Source: Vicugna vicugna
Lineage: Eukaryota
DNA length: 64,000 bases
Assembly: GCA_013265495.1 (NCBI GenBank)
Contig: MU057947.1
Span: 1,325,070-1,389,069 of the forward strand
Reading direction: 5' to 3'
Part shown: positions 24,973-37,399 of the stretch, piece by piece
Position numbering within the stretch: the first letter of the stretch is position 1
Layout: each line of letters begins with the position of its first letter
Translations under genes and position numbers: made by a program
Notes under the pieces: model-generated
Databases searched by the model: none
Told to the model about the DNA's origin: nothing
What the model saw: only the letters and a program-made list of their open reading frames with translations

Positions 24973-26535
24973 ACAGTTTTGCACAAAGCGAGAGCCACCA
25001 GCTTGGCCTGTGTGTGCCGGGCCTCCCCGCGAGGGGCTGCTTCCCCAGGAGGACTGGGGTGACAGTGGGACTTCTGCCCACTAGCCAGCGCTCACTTTCC
25101 TTCCCAGATGGGGAGGGAGGGAGGGAGGGACCCCCACCCACCCACGTCCATCCTGGGGGTGACCCTGAGCCAGCTCGCAGCTGGCTTCTCCCTCACGCAC
25201 CGCCCTCCGGGCTCCCTAGATTTCCGCTCCACGACCTGCCTGGCGTGGTCAAGGCATCTCTGCCTCCCCCTCCTCTGCTGTCGGCTCCTGGGGCAGGACT
25301 CCCTGCCATCACCCCGCCCCCCGCCACTTTGCTCAGCTCTGCCCAATCGTATTTCACTGGTCAGACCCTGCCGGGAACAGGGGACGAGGGTGGGACTCAG
25401 GCCCGAGTCCACACTGCGCCTCATCCATGCTGGTGCCCAGCGTGGCGCCACGGCCAGTGGGGGGCTTTGGCGCGCCCAGCCGTTGGGGGTCAGTGACGCA
25501 CACGTGGAGGGGGCTCTGGAGGGGGCTCCGCATGCGGGGTCCTCGGGTGGGCAGCTGGTTCCCGGGAGGGACTTGCTGGGTGGGATCTGTGCCGGGGCTG
25601 GTGCGGGGAGCGGGGGTGCAGGCTCAGCCCCCAGACGCTGGGTGTTGGGAGGGTTAACCGAAGCCCTGGAGAGCGTGATGCTGAGAGAAGGCGGTCCGGG
25701 GCAGAAGCCCGTGACGGACGCCGGCCAGCCCAGGCACGCGCCAGGCTTCCAGGGGCTGCTGCGCGCGGAAGCCAGGGCAGCTGGACTCGACGGGTGGCTT
25801 CCCGCCGCTGAGCTGCAGTTCACAGGTTTAACTTCTAGGCAACAATCACCGACTGGCATTCAGAGAGGCCAGAAGCCGAGGCTGTCCTCACGTGGTCTGT
25901 CTGCCTGCAGCTCGTCCCCGCAGCGGGTCCCAGACTGTTCTGTGTCGAGTCTGGGTTCAGGTTTGCTGTTGATGGCTGTCAAAAGAGCTGGTAATTCGAG
26001 CATCTTCTCTAAAATTCACGGGAAAGGGGAATCAAACTTGGGAGGAAGGGAGAGAGAGTCCCACGGTCCAGCAAAGGGCGTGCAGCCCGTCCCCCAGCAG
26101 GAAGAATCTCAGACCAGAGCGGGAGCAAAAGGGGCTTCGGAGTTAAATTTCCTCGGACTGTAATCTACAAAGGGAGAGAGATTTAATTTTCTGAATTGTG
26201 TAATGAAAGAGAATTTGAATATTAATAATATGCTAATTAGCACCGTTTTTATATTATGAATGCGTGTTTGGGGGTATTTGGTGTTGTTTCTTTGTCTCAT
26301 TGTCTAACTGCTTGAGAGCAGTAAGTTGGCAGTGCTGGGCGCGATTTGAGGTGGAAAATTTAACAGGACGTGCATGTTCGTTTTCAAGGGTGGGTGTGAA
26401 CTTGGAGTTAATTCACGTAGCACCCTGTTCCGATACTTCAGAGGTCCTGGAGGCGGAGGTGGAACCCTCCTCTGGGTCCTCCCAGGGTACTGGGAGCTGG
26501 GGGAGAGGTCTTGGCGTGCACTGCTGGTCACCTCC

Positions 26536-26908
26536 TGTTGTGGACTGCATGTATGTGTGTCCCCCCCACCCTGCCCCCCAGTTCATATGTTGAAGCCCTA
26601 ACGCCCGATGTTATGGAATTAAGAGATGGGGCCTTTGGGAGGTCACTGGGTCTGGATGACGTCATGAGGGTGGAGCCTCACGGTAGGATTAGTGCCCTTG
26701 TACGAGGAGAAAGAGACCCCAGAGTTTGCTCTCTTTGTCACCTGAAGACACAGCGAGAGGTGGTGTCTGTAAGCCAGGAAGGGCGCCCCGCCGAGAACAA
26801 GCTCTGGGACCTCGATTGTGAGCGTCTCGGCCGTCAGAACCGCAGGACGCACACGCCTGTTGCTTAAGTCCCCAGACCGCGGCATTTGTTACGGTGCCTG
26901 AGCTGACA
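26536..26908 (+). mobile_element. MLT1A-type MaLR solo LTR
   Basis: TG...CA ends, 373 bp. Contains ttcatatgttgaagccctaac, gagatggggcctttgggagg and ggattagtgcccttgta. Flanks cctcc / cctgc form a 4/5 TSD. Confidence 0.9.
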
Positions 26909-27679
26909 CCTGCTCCCAGACGCAGCCACACCCAGTTGACCATCCGCCAGGGAGGAAGGTCTGGGCTTCTGAGGGGGCCCCTTGGCGTCCCACGCTTTTA
27001 TGAGTGACTTTCTGTATCGCTTCCTGGGAGGCAGCAGTTGGTGCCACATTTGTCTCCTCCTTTTTCACTTGCTCCTCCCTTAGAAGGAGGCCTGGTTTCT
27101 GATGGGCAGATGGGAGGGCCCACCGTGTCCCCGGCGGTGCAGGCCCCCATCTCCCACGGTCATCTCCAGCATTCACTGCGTTGGGGGCGATGCTGTGAGC
27201 GTCTTTGACAGTCCTGGCCTGGGAACCCCTTCCGTGCTTTTCCCGCCTCTCGATAGGAGCCCGCTGTGTCAGCCGCTCTCCCTCCCCTCGGGGGGTGCCG
27301 CCTGCTCAAGGGCAGGTGCCCGCAGGGTCTGAACCCCTCACTTCTCTGTACACGGGGCAGTGGTCCCCTCAGTTGTCGCTAGACAACTGCTGTCTTCTCT
27401 GGGGTCTGGGCACATGACCCCCCCAGCCAGAGGGGCTGTTTTGTTGGGGCTGCCGGGAGAGGGGTGTGTGAGGCAAGGCTGCGGAGCCATAACGAGGAAT
27501 TTCAAAAAGAGGGCAGACGATGCCTAAGCTCTGGAGATACAGCCTCTAATGCGCAGTTGGAGCAAGTGTCCAAAGTCTGCCAAATCAAACACGTTCAGTT
27601 GCTCTGGTAGATTACAGGATGGGGAGGGTGCACAGAGGAGATCAGCTGGGAAAAAGCTATGAAGTTTTGAATAAGAATA

Positions 27680-28620
27680 TTTGTCATGTGTATTCAAATT
27701 AAGAAATAATATGTATTCATAGCAGAAAACTGAAAAGTGAAAAAAAAATCACAAGCGCTGAAATCAGTAAATAAGTACATAGAATTGCCTGTGGTCACGC
27801 TAGCCGGGTGTGTGTGCTGTTAACGCTTCGGGGTAAGAGTTTTCAGTCCATTTTTGTGATTATAATTTCACTTATTAATATCTTTTTTCTATAAAAAGAG
27901 CGTGATGACGTGTGTCCTTCTGTAGATTGGACAAAGGACACACCAGGAGAATACTAACCAGGAGGAGGCCACAGTGGCCACTTTATCACGTTACTGAGTT
28001 AAATTGCATTTCTAACACCAGCAACCAACACGTATAAAGTCTGTCTGAAAGATATCGAGGAATAAATCTGAAGGAGATGGGTAAGGAAAAGTGATAAAAA
28101 TTTATTTTAGAGGATATTAAAGAAGACCTAAGTACATAGAGAGATACACCACGGGTGTGGATAGGAAGACCCAATGTCGTAACAGTAGGGATTCCCCCAA
28201 AAGTCATTTACAGATTCAGCGCGTTGTGAATTTTTCTTGTGTCGGCCCGCGCTCTCGTGCAATAGGATTTTGATGGTTTATGCAGTTCTGTTGTGTGGGC
28301 ATGCCAAAGTTTACCTAAGAAATCCTGCATTGCCTGATAGTCAGATATGTTTTATACTTTTTCATTACTATGAAACGTACTGTGTTGAAAGCTGTTGAAT
28401 TCAAGTTCTCAAGTGTGTTTCTAATTAGGCGCTTGGTCTACATTCTTGGAAGTAAAATCTCTAGGCCAAAGAGCATAGCCATTTTTAATTTTTTTTTTTT
28501 TCAGTTTGCCACAAGAAATGTTTTGCTCTGTTTCAGCTCCTCCCACCGAGTCTGCTGGTGTCCTCCCGCCCTTCCTGGTCCTGGGTGTCTGTCATCTTCC
28601 ACTCGTCTTTGTTAACAGGG
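27680..28620 (-). mobile_element. Very old L1 3' UTR (L1ME-like), interrupted by a plus-strand L1 piece
   Basis: aagaaataatatgtattcatagcagaaaactgaaaag and cattcttggaagtaaaatctctaggccaaagagcatagccatttttaatttt resemble antisense L1ME 3' ends. Confidence 0.5.
27990..28225 (+). mobile_element. L1 ORF2 fragment
   Basis: atatcgaggaataaatctga (Y.GINL), attaaagaagacctaagtacatagagagatacaccacgggtgtggataggaagacccaatgtcgt (IKEDL..W.D.P..WIGR.N.V), cccaaagtcatttacagattcagcgc (PK.IYRF.A). Confidence 0.8.
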
Positions 28621-31600
28621 TCGCTCAGCGTACCCACTCACGCAGGGGCGGTCTTGGCTCTGTGGAGCCACGGAACGTTCCAGCACGACGTCAGGCATGT
28701 AATTGGTGCCTGGAACAGTGAAAGGCCAGCTTGAGACGGAGAAGAGGCTGTACACGTGGTCGGCTGTGTGCTGAGCGGGGGATGGGGACGCAGGGGTGCG
28801 CCGTTATCTCCACTGCGTGTAAGGAGGTCCCTGCGCACCTGTTCCTGATGGCCAGGCAGTGGGGCGTTGGGACAGGATCCCCCGTGACCCCGCCGGGAGC
28901 TTCTGCAATGCTCTGTGTTCCCAGGCTAGCAGGGAGGGAGGGAAGTCACTGGTCTCTCGGGCCCACCGTGCCTCTAAAAGTCCCTGTCTCATCTCCCATC
29001 CTTATTTCATCTTCAGATCACAGTCTAGGGAAAATTACGAAGTCAGACAAGAGCGATTAATAAAACATTTTAAAACTCAGAGCCGCTGTAACTCCTGGGC
29101 CGGTGCAAATGGGCAGACCACGCGTGGGATCTGGCTGTCGGTGTTAAAGGGAGAGGTCTGAGGCCTGGACAGCGGCTGCCTCCTTGGGGGCCCCTCCCTC
29201 TGCTCTGATGACCCACACGACCTTGGAGAGAAAGCACCGGTTTCCACCCGGAGCGCTTCTGCGCTGTTGTGGAGTCAGTCACTGGTGTTAATGTTACGTC
29301 GTGCTTTACGATGGCCAGCGAGGGCCTGGAGCTGACTTTATGATCACACCCACTACTGTATATTTTGTTTACTGAAGGCTAAACAGTCCCACTTTATGGT
29401 TTACATTTTCCCTCGCTTCCTTGGCATAGATTGCAGACACATTTATGTGCATATAAACCCCATGCATCTCAGTTTTAATACATTTTAAAAATGTGTATCT
29501 TTTAAAAGATGAACGCCTGTCTCCTCTTGATAACTCATCAATATCTTAATTTTCGGGAAGACCTGGAGACCCTGAGGGGGCTGTACCAACAGAACTGAAA
29601 TCTCGGAGGCCCCCGCCTGGCAGGTCGGATGGGAGGCAGTCTGCCTTCAGACCCCCCAGTGGAGAGCCCTGATCAACAGGGTTGGGGCACCCTTTCTCAA
29701 ACATAGTTCTAATGACAGTGCAGGTGAATTCACGAAGCCCAGGGCGGATGTGCAGGGACATTCTACAAATGTGGCAAGGGTGATCTGTAGCTGCTGCTTT
29801 AATTAACTATGTAAATAGGGCTCCTGCCTTTTGACCAAGAAATAAACATATTATAGGTCATTTTAATACCAAGACCTCATCTGTGGTGGATTCTCCAGCC
29901 CAGCCCAGCCCAGCCCCGAGGAGTCCAAACCCAGAGCCACCACCCCCTACTTGGGCTCTTCCAGGTCTGTGACTTGTGGCCACGACCGACACGGTCTGTC
30001 ACACACCGTGTGGTCTTGTTCTGCTCATCAAGCAGAGTTTGGGGTCAAGTGGTTAACCAGACTCTAATGGGACCCGGCGGGGGTGCCCCGCTCAGGCCCA
30101 CGGGAAGTGCCGCGGGGTGGATCTGCGAGCCGTCGCCCCGAGGAGCGCGTGCGGCTCTAACTGGTAATCAGTGAAGGGAGCGTGCGCTTAGCCTCACAGT
30201 TTGGAACCTTGCTGACGTAAGTGTGGCGAAGCCCCTGAAGTTCCAGAGACGATGTGCTGTTTCACCAAGAAGATGCCAAAAGCTGAAAAACTGAATGGGT
30301 CTGGAAATGGTCTGTTCAGGTTCCCAGTTTTTAAAGAATGCGATCTAACCTTTCGATCAAACTTATACAGCTAAATGGGATGAGAAACCTTCCAGGTAGA
30401 GGCCAGGTGAGCAGACCCTATAAAAATGTCCGATTTGAACCAGGAGAAACTTCCAGTCCAGAGCGAATGCTGCCTCTGCTTTTGTCACGTAAAGCAGGAA
30501 AGACGGGGCGTCTGAAAACGTCAGAAAGTGCTAGGTAAAGGGGAGGGGGTTACCGATGGCTGCGGTATCAGCAGGGATCAATATGGTCGTTGCAACTCAA
30601 TAAAGAAGAAATCGGAAGCTCCTCCTGCTCTGAGAAACCCCAAGCACACCCTTCTTGGTTCTCTTCAGACACTGCAGACGCCTTTCACTGCCCTGCCCCA
30701 GGGGCCGCTGGCAGCGGAGACGCCCCCACCGCGGCAGGCTCGAGGGTCTGGCTTGAGGGTCTGGCTGGGACTTTGGCCTGGACCGCACATCGCAGCAGAG
30801 AACATCATCATTCAGGGAACGCGGTCCCAGGAGCCACACGCTGAAGCACTGTGTCCATTTAATCATTTTCCAATCTGTTTTCCTTATGAAATTCATTACT
30901 TTTCATGGAAACAAATATCTGTCAAAATATTGCATCAGGATGGTGTGTGAAGTTTCTTCTCATGTCCGCAGCACTAATGACTTCACCTCCTTCTTTCCCT
31001 TTGAAGGATTGCTGCTGAGCCTCTCTGAGGACGCGGGCTTGATCCTGGGGCTGCTTCCTTGTCGGGAGGCGGTGAACACCCTTCACTGGTTCAGGATGCC
31101 CCGCGGCTGGGCTCCCGCCCCGCTCCTGTAACCAGGGGGCCGGGGCAGGGGAACCAGACAAGGTCAAACGCACTTTTCAGGGAAAATAAAGTCTTCAGAT
31201 GCGTCAGGTTTCCTCTCTAAAAAGTGCCAGCTCTTCTGTAGACGGCTGTACTAACATGTTCATCAGGAGCACTGGCTGCACCGAGTGGCCGAGGAGGAGA
31301 GCACGGGCATCTGCTTGTGCTGTTTGGTACCTGTCTCGTGTTTCATCAGCCGGAAAGCACCAGAGAAAGACCGGTGAGAGCACGGTTGGAAGCCGACCTC
31401 CGTGCCTCCCAGCCGGCTTGTTCTACGCATGACGCACGCCCCGGCGTGGGGGACGGGGGCGGGTGCGGGTGGGTCTGCGGTCCGGGGCCAGGGTTCTGCC
31501 GTCTCCTGGCTCTTCTTGCCCACCTGGCTCCATCTGCACCCCAGCTCTCCCAGCACACTCCCTGCTGTGGAGCAGAAGTAACAGGAGAGCAGGTGCCCGA

Positions 31601-32504
31601 AGGACTAGCAGCCAAGCGTGCTGCCTGGTCCTCCCGAGAACGCCTGCCCCCGACTGCTGGGTGACAGCGCCCCGCCATTCAGGAAGACGCGCGCAGGAAG
31701 CCCCCGCCCTCCGTGCAGAGCCCTCACCTGGTGAAGCCTCCGCATCTCCACGCTCAGAGCACGGCGGGCTGTGGGCGAGCCCAGACACCTGCCCTCTGCC
31801 ACGAAGCCTGAATTCCTGGTTCCTCCCGAAGCGGGCCCCTCGCCTCCCGCCTCATACCCCATTAAACCCACCCTTTCCCCAGTTACTCCTGTCCCCCTCA
31901 CACCCCTAGACCCCAATCGCTTTCAGGAAGACGGCGGTGGCTTGTTTCCTGAGTCCGCTGCTCCTGTGAGAGCAGTCGTGGACTTGCTTTAAGCAACCGT
32001 TACTTGGACTGAGCCACACATTTACAGTCAGCCTGTTTCCTCACCTTAGCATAAACGCGTTTCAATTGAAAAGCACAACTTCAGGCTCGAGGTGAGGCCA
32101 AGCATCCAGCTGTACCTAAATGGAAACAGAGAAACAAAGCGTGAGCGTGCGCTGGGCGGCCACGAGACGTCTCAGTCCATTCTGGGGTCCACAGGCAAAG
32201 CGCGGGAGTGACGCTGCCGCTGAAGACAGGCGCATTTCACGGTCGAACCCGGAGCCACGGGGACTGGCGGCAGAGGAGGGAGCAGGAGCTGGCTTCTCTG
32301 GAGGCGTCTAGACCGAGAGGGCGCGCTGTGGCCCAGCGCGCCGTGGTTCCAGAGCACCCCGCCAAGAGCGAGGCCGAGAGCGGGAGCTGACACGGAGACA
32401 CCACCCCGCCGCCTGCGAGTGCCTTCCCTGCGCGTCTCGGGGGGACCTGGTTCTAGTTTTCAGGTTGAGTGTGCTTTTGGTAGGGGTGAAATGCTTACAG
32501 TAAT

Positions 32505-33380
32505 ATTAACCCATTTGTTCATAAATATTGTTTGGTGCAGGCACGATGCTAGGCGTGGAGAAGAACAAGGAGCAAACAGACCTGGCACAGAATAGGGATG
32601 CCCAGCAGGCTGGGGTGGAGGCGGCAGCGGTCAGAGCGCCCCCTCTCCGCCGTGCTGAGGGCCGTGCCCTTCGTGCCCTGGGGCTGTGCCGTCGAGGGAA
32701 GTCGCGGCATGAGCATGTGCAGAAACGGCGGCGTCTGCGCAGGGCCTCACGGCCAAGTTAGGAATTGTGGTCTTCGCTGTAAGAACAATGGAAAGTCACT
32801 TTAAAGTTCCACAGGATGGGAAGGACTTTAGGCAGGGAGGCCACGTGATCAGTTTTAACAAGATCGCTCTGTTGGGTTGGGAGGTGCTGGAGTGGACGGG
32901 GCTGATGAGACGGAGAGGCTAGCAGGCATGGGGGCGGACGTGGTGGCAGCTTGGACAAGAACAGGGATGGACATCTGGAGGTGGACTCTCCAGGGCTGGG
33001 TGCAGGATGACCTTCGGGTGGATGGATACAGGAGAGCTGGGAGTTTGGGGTGAATCTGAGGGTTCCGTGAGTCCCGCTAATTGGATGATGGTTCCAGTTC
33101 CTAAGGGAAGGGGTGCCGGCAGGACCGGGGTTGGAGGACAAGGTCGTGAGTTAGTACTGTTGGGTATGTGGGGCGTGGACATCTGTGGTACATGGGGAGA
33201 TGCCAGGAGGCTGCTCACTGTACACTGGTGTGGAGCACAGATGCGAAGTCACGGCCGAGACATAAACTTAGGGTTCGGCTGGACGTGGGTGAGAATTCCT
33301 CGTCTGTGGTCATCAGAGCATTCGGCATCAAAGAAGGTACATGATGGAGAGAAAGAGCCTTGAGAGTCTTGATGGTTGGT
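32505..33380 (-). mobile_element. L2 LINE fragment
   Basis: catttgttcataaatattg...tgcaggcacgatgctaggc tail region, ggactttaggcagggaggccacgtgatcagttttaacaagatcgctctg and taattggatgatggttccagtt are typical of antisense L2. Confidence 0.65.
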
Positions 33381-36300
33381 GGCCTTGTAGAGGGGAGTCC
33401 GCAGGTGGAGGCAGAGCCGCCAGGAGCACGTGGGGAGATGGGCTGTGTCGCCTGAACCCGGGAGGAGCCTCCACCGGGGAAGATCTGCTCTGTGGACAAA
33501 GGACACTGAAGAAAACTCATCAGATGCCACGTCACTGGGGTTTTAGCTTTGGCTAAAAATGGCTGCTTTGCTGGAGCGATGCAGGTGCAAGGGGGTGGGG
33601 ACCACTTAGGAGTGAATGGCGGGCGAAGAGACGGAGACAGGGCAGTCAGGATGAAGCTACTGGCGTCTGGCTAAAATTGAGATGAACGCGACCTAGTTTC
33701 TATCATCGCATCCGAGTCAGGAGACTATGGGTGGAGGAGAGACCCTTCATCTCATCTGCCTGGGGCAGGTGCTCACACCCTCTCAAGGGAGCAGTTCTCT
33801 ACATACGTGTGGTCTTGCCGTCCAGGCTCACATCATGTCCACTGTGGGAGCAAAAGCAGGAGCAGAGGGGCAGGAATCTTCGGGGAAATAGAGGAGAAAG
33901 AGGAAGATGTGCACTCCCTTGATGTGATGATCTTACCACCCGAGGCGGTGTTGCCTGTTCTTGAAACTCCAGTCAGCCTTCCAAAGGCCCTGTGTCCTCT
34001 TTCTCGCCATCAGCCAATAAGGACAGACCAAGGGCGGTAGGAAACCTGCTGTGTATCAAAGAAAAGCACTGTGGTATGTGTTACTCTGCTGGTTCCTCAG
34101 AGCTGTCCTGCCTGCAGAGCAGACAGTCTGGTGCTGCTTCTGCAGACGAAGCCAGCGGGTCTCAGAGGGGGAGTGACGTGTCCTCCAAATTTAGAGGGTG
34201 GTGGGGTCGGAACTTGTGACCGAGTGCCCTGCCCATTAAAGAACCCGCCTCAAACCAGCCGAGTACTGAGGAGCCTGCACCTCAGAGCCTTCCCCAGGCC
34301 CATCTGTCCTGCTCTGGCCGCCATCTCCAGGGGGCTTCTTGAAGATGCGGCCTTGGAGACCTGCTCTGTGGGGCATCATCAGGGCCCTCCCTGGGGGGCT
34401 CCACACCACCCCCCGGAGGCCTGACGGGGTTATGCCCCCATCCCACGTGTGCTGGTGCTGCAGGTGCCGGAACCAGGAGGACGCTCCCGGACTTCTCCAA
34501 GCTGAGCAGATGGTCGCCCTGACCTGACTTCTGCCCTCAGCCCAGCCCAGACCCGCTGCCCAGGCCCTTCCGCAGAGAGCTGCTCTTTGTCTCAAGGAGG
34601 CCCCTGTCCAAGCACCCGGGAGACTACCAGGTCCTGATCGGGGTCCGGGGGAGCACAGCTGGACAGAGGCAGCTCGCACAGGAAAGGTTCTAGATGCCTG
34701 GAAGCCCAGCGTCATGGCCATGCAGGCTCTGCTTTGTGGACTCACCACCCCTCCATGTCCCTCAGTGTGCACAGCCTGTGAGGGGCGGCGGGGGCACTGA
34801 GGACATGGCCCCAGAGCTCGGAGGAGCCCATGCCAGGGCCGTGAGGACAGGCAAGAACTGGCAGTGAGGCAGGAACCCCTAGGTGCTGGGCCAGTGGCCA
34901 CAGTGAAGGGATGGGCAAGGAGGCTTGCCGTGGGTCAGAGGCGTGGAGCTGAGCCGTAGGGCCAGGTGTGTGCAGCACAGGCATGGAACAGCGTCTCACA
35001 GGAGGCAGGAGCCGCTGACCTGGCCAGGCGGTGGGCTCTGGGGATGGGAATTACGAGGGGTCAGTGTGGCTGAAACAAGCCATGCGTGAAAAGAGGTGCA
35101 GAGCCTGAGTCTGGGAGACAGAAGCAGCCAGGCGACAGCCTTCCCGGGATGGGGACCACGCTCGGTCCCAGTCCATCCTGCCAGTGGTGGTGTGGCTCTG
35201 AACAAGGGTCAGTGGCTCTTATGGGTCTGGGGCTTCCTGGGTCCCCCTGTACGATGGCAAGATCATGGCCACGTCACGTGGTGGGGAGCTGGGAGCAAAT
35301 GTGGCATTAGCAACACGCGTGATGCACGTGAACCCATTTGGCCGTGGGGCGGGGAGGGTGTTGCTACGGACACGCAACACTTCCTTTCTTCTTTCTCTGG
35401 GCTGTAGATGGAAGGGCGAGGGGAGGATGGGTGCTGCCCACGTGACCTGGGAAGGACAGTGCTGGTGCCCCACGAGGTCACCTGTGACTTTTCACACCAG
35501 GATGACACAGAGACCTTCTGCTCCCTTAGCAGTTGCGTCTCAGCCTCACCACCTCTCTTAATGTGCCTGCTTTAATGCACCTTTCCGCGGAAGTTCTGCC
35601 TTGCCCGACACACAGCCGGAGGAGTTCCAACATGAATGTGCTCTGCTCTGAGGCCCACACCTGCCCACACTTGGCCCTGCGTCTCAGGCACCGTTGCGGG
35701 GACTTGCATGATCAGTGAGGGCTGTTATGGTTTCATTTGCTCCGAGTTCCAAGACTCCAAGCTGAATAGCACATCACGTAGCTGGTGCCACCGCGTAATA
35801 GGTGGTGACAGCCCTTGGACACATTTTGCAAGTTTACTTGGTGTGACAAGAATGAATATAAAATTATTTGCAATAGATATACCCATAAAAACACAATTTT
35901 TATTTCCATCAGGAAAGCTCTCACCCATGGCGCCAGCTGTCACTCAGCACATGGGGACAGTCCGGGCAGGCTCCCCCACTCCGCCCGCGGCGTCCGCCTC
36001 CCCAGCACAAGCTGGCACAGAGAGCCGGGGGCCAGGAGGGTCCCCACTGCTTCCCCGGCCCCCTGCTCTCTACGTACTTTTCTTCAGCCATCAAGCAAAG
36101 GTGTTTTGGCTCCTCTGTCTGTGATGGAGAAACCCTCTCCTGAAGGCGAGGGCTGCAGCCAGCCCACGGCAGCGGCAGGAAACCAAGTGCTTTTATAAAC
36201 AAGCAAACGCTGATTTGACCCAGCCAGCCTCTTTCCTGTAGCTGTGGGCCGGTGTTGGGCTGCGCGCTGTGTTGGTCGCGTCTCCCTGCCCTGTGCTTGG

Positions 36301-36619
36301 ACGTCACGTGGCCGGTGGCCCCTCTGAGACGGGACACCTCCTCCCGCAGCTAAGGCGCTCATGTGTCCTTGACTCCTGGTGCCCCTTTAGTCACCGGACA
36401 GCCGTCTGTTCTCCCTGACACTCTCTGTCCCTGTCCCCCGCTGCTTCTCTGTCTCTCCACCTGTTTCCATATACGTATTTTTTTCTTACTGGACACGTGG
36501 AATGATGCAGAGGCCTGCAGTGAGGGTGGCCCCAGGAAGCTCGAAGGGTAACTGGATGGGAGGTCTGCAGGTAGGGGTATAACTTTTTAATTTGTTTAGG
36601 GGGAGACAACTGGTGTACA

Positions 36620-36990
36620 ACTTGTCTGGTTAGCTATTGGTGCAGAAAACAACCCAACGCAGTTAATAATGGCGTGACTTGACCCGCCTTCTATTAGGCT
36701 TACAATTCTGTGGTTCTCGAGTTTGGAGAGAGCGTGGCTGGCATCTCCCTGGAGGAGGTGCAGGGCTGGCGCTGGCCGGGTCCGCTCATCTGGGCTCACC
36801 GTTCTGTGGCTTTGATTCCTCTGCACGTGGTGTGGCTGGGGTTGGCTTGTCCAAGGTGGCGTCTGGCCCTGGGCTGGGCTGGCTGGCACCCTCACTGTCT
36901 CTGCACGAGCCTCCCCTGGGCTGATCGGGGCACCCTCCACGGGTAGGCAGGCACTTAGCATGCAGCTGGCCTCCCAAGACACAGGAAGCA
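36620..36990 (-). mobile_element. Old MLT1-family MaLR LTR
   Basis: tgtctggttagctattggtgcagaaaacaacccaac...ttattaggcttacaattctgtgg-like start; tggcttgtccaaggtggcgtc and agcatgcagctggcctcccaaga resemble antisense MLT1G/H/J. Confidence 0.55.
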
Positions 36991-37399
36991 GCAGCTGCCC
37001 CTTTCTGGAGGTCTGGGCTTGTCCCTCCATTGTGTTCTGCTGGTTGCAGCACTGGGAGCCCCTCCCCAGCTTCAGGGGAGGAGGGAGGTCCCGCGCGTGA
37101 TGGACTGAGTGTCAAGGAAAATGCACGTTTTTCATCTGCCGCGGCAGCTCCTGCTGGGGAGCCACGTGAGTCCCTGGGGCTCCTGGAAGCTGGCGGGGGT
37201 GAGACTGAACAGGGAGGAGGCGGGAGAAGTGGAGGCGCTCGGCGGGTTAGAGGCCCCGGGGAGCTGCGGAGGGACCGAGCCTACCAGCCTGCGCTGATGC
37301 CGGGACTTCATTAAAGAGCCGCCCAGACCCCCCCCCCCAAAGCATCACGTTGTTTGCATGATTTCGTTTTTTTCTTAATTCAAGGGTTAAAACAGCCGT

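Noticed and set aside
25108..26163. 351-aa ORF, longest in the window, with an overlapping 255-aa antisense ORF
   Set aside because: G/A/P/R/S-rich, no recognisable domain, open on both strands; expected from stop-codon scarcity in GC-rich DNA.
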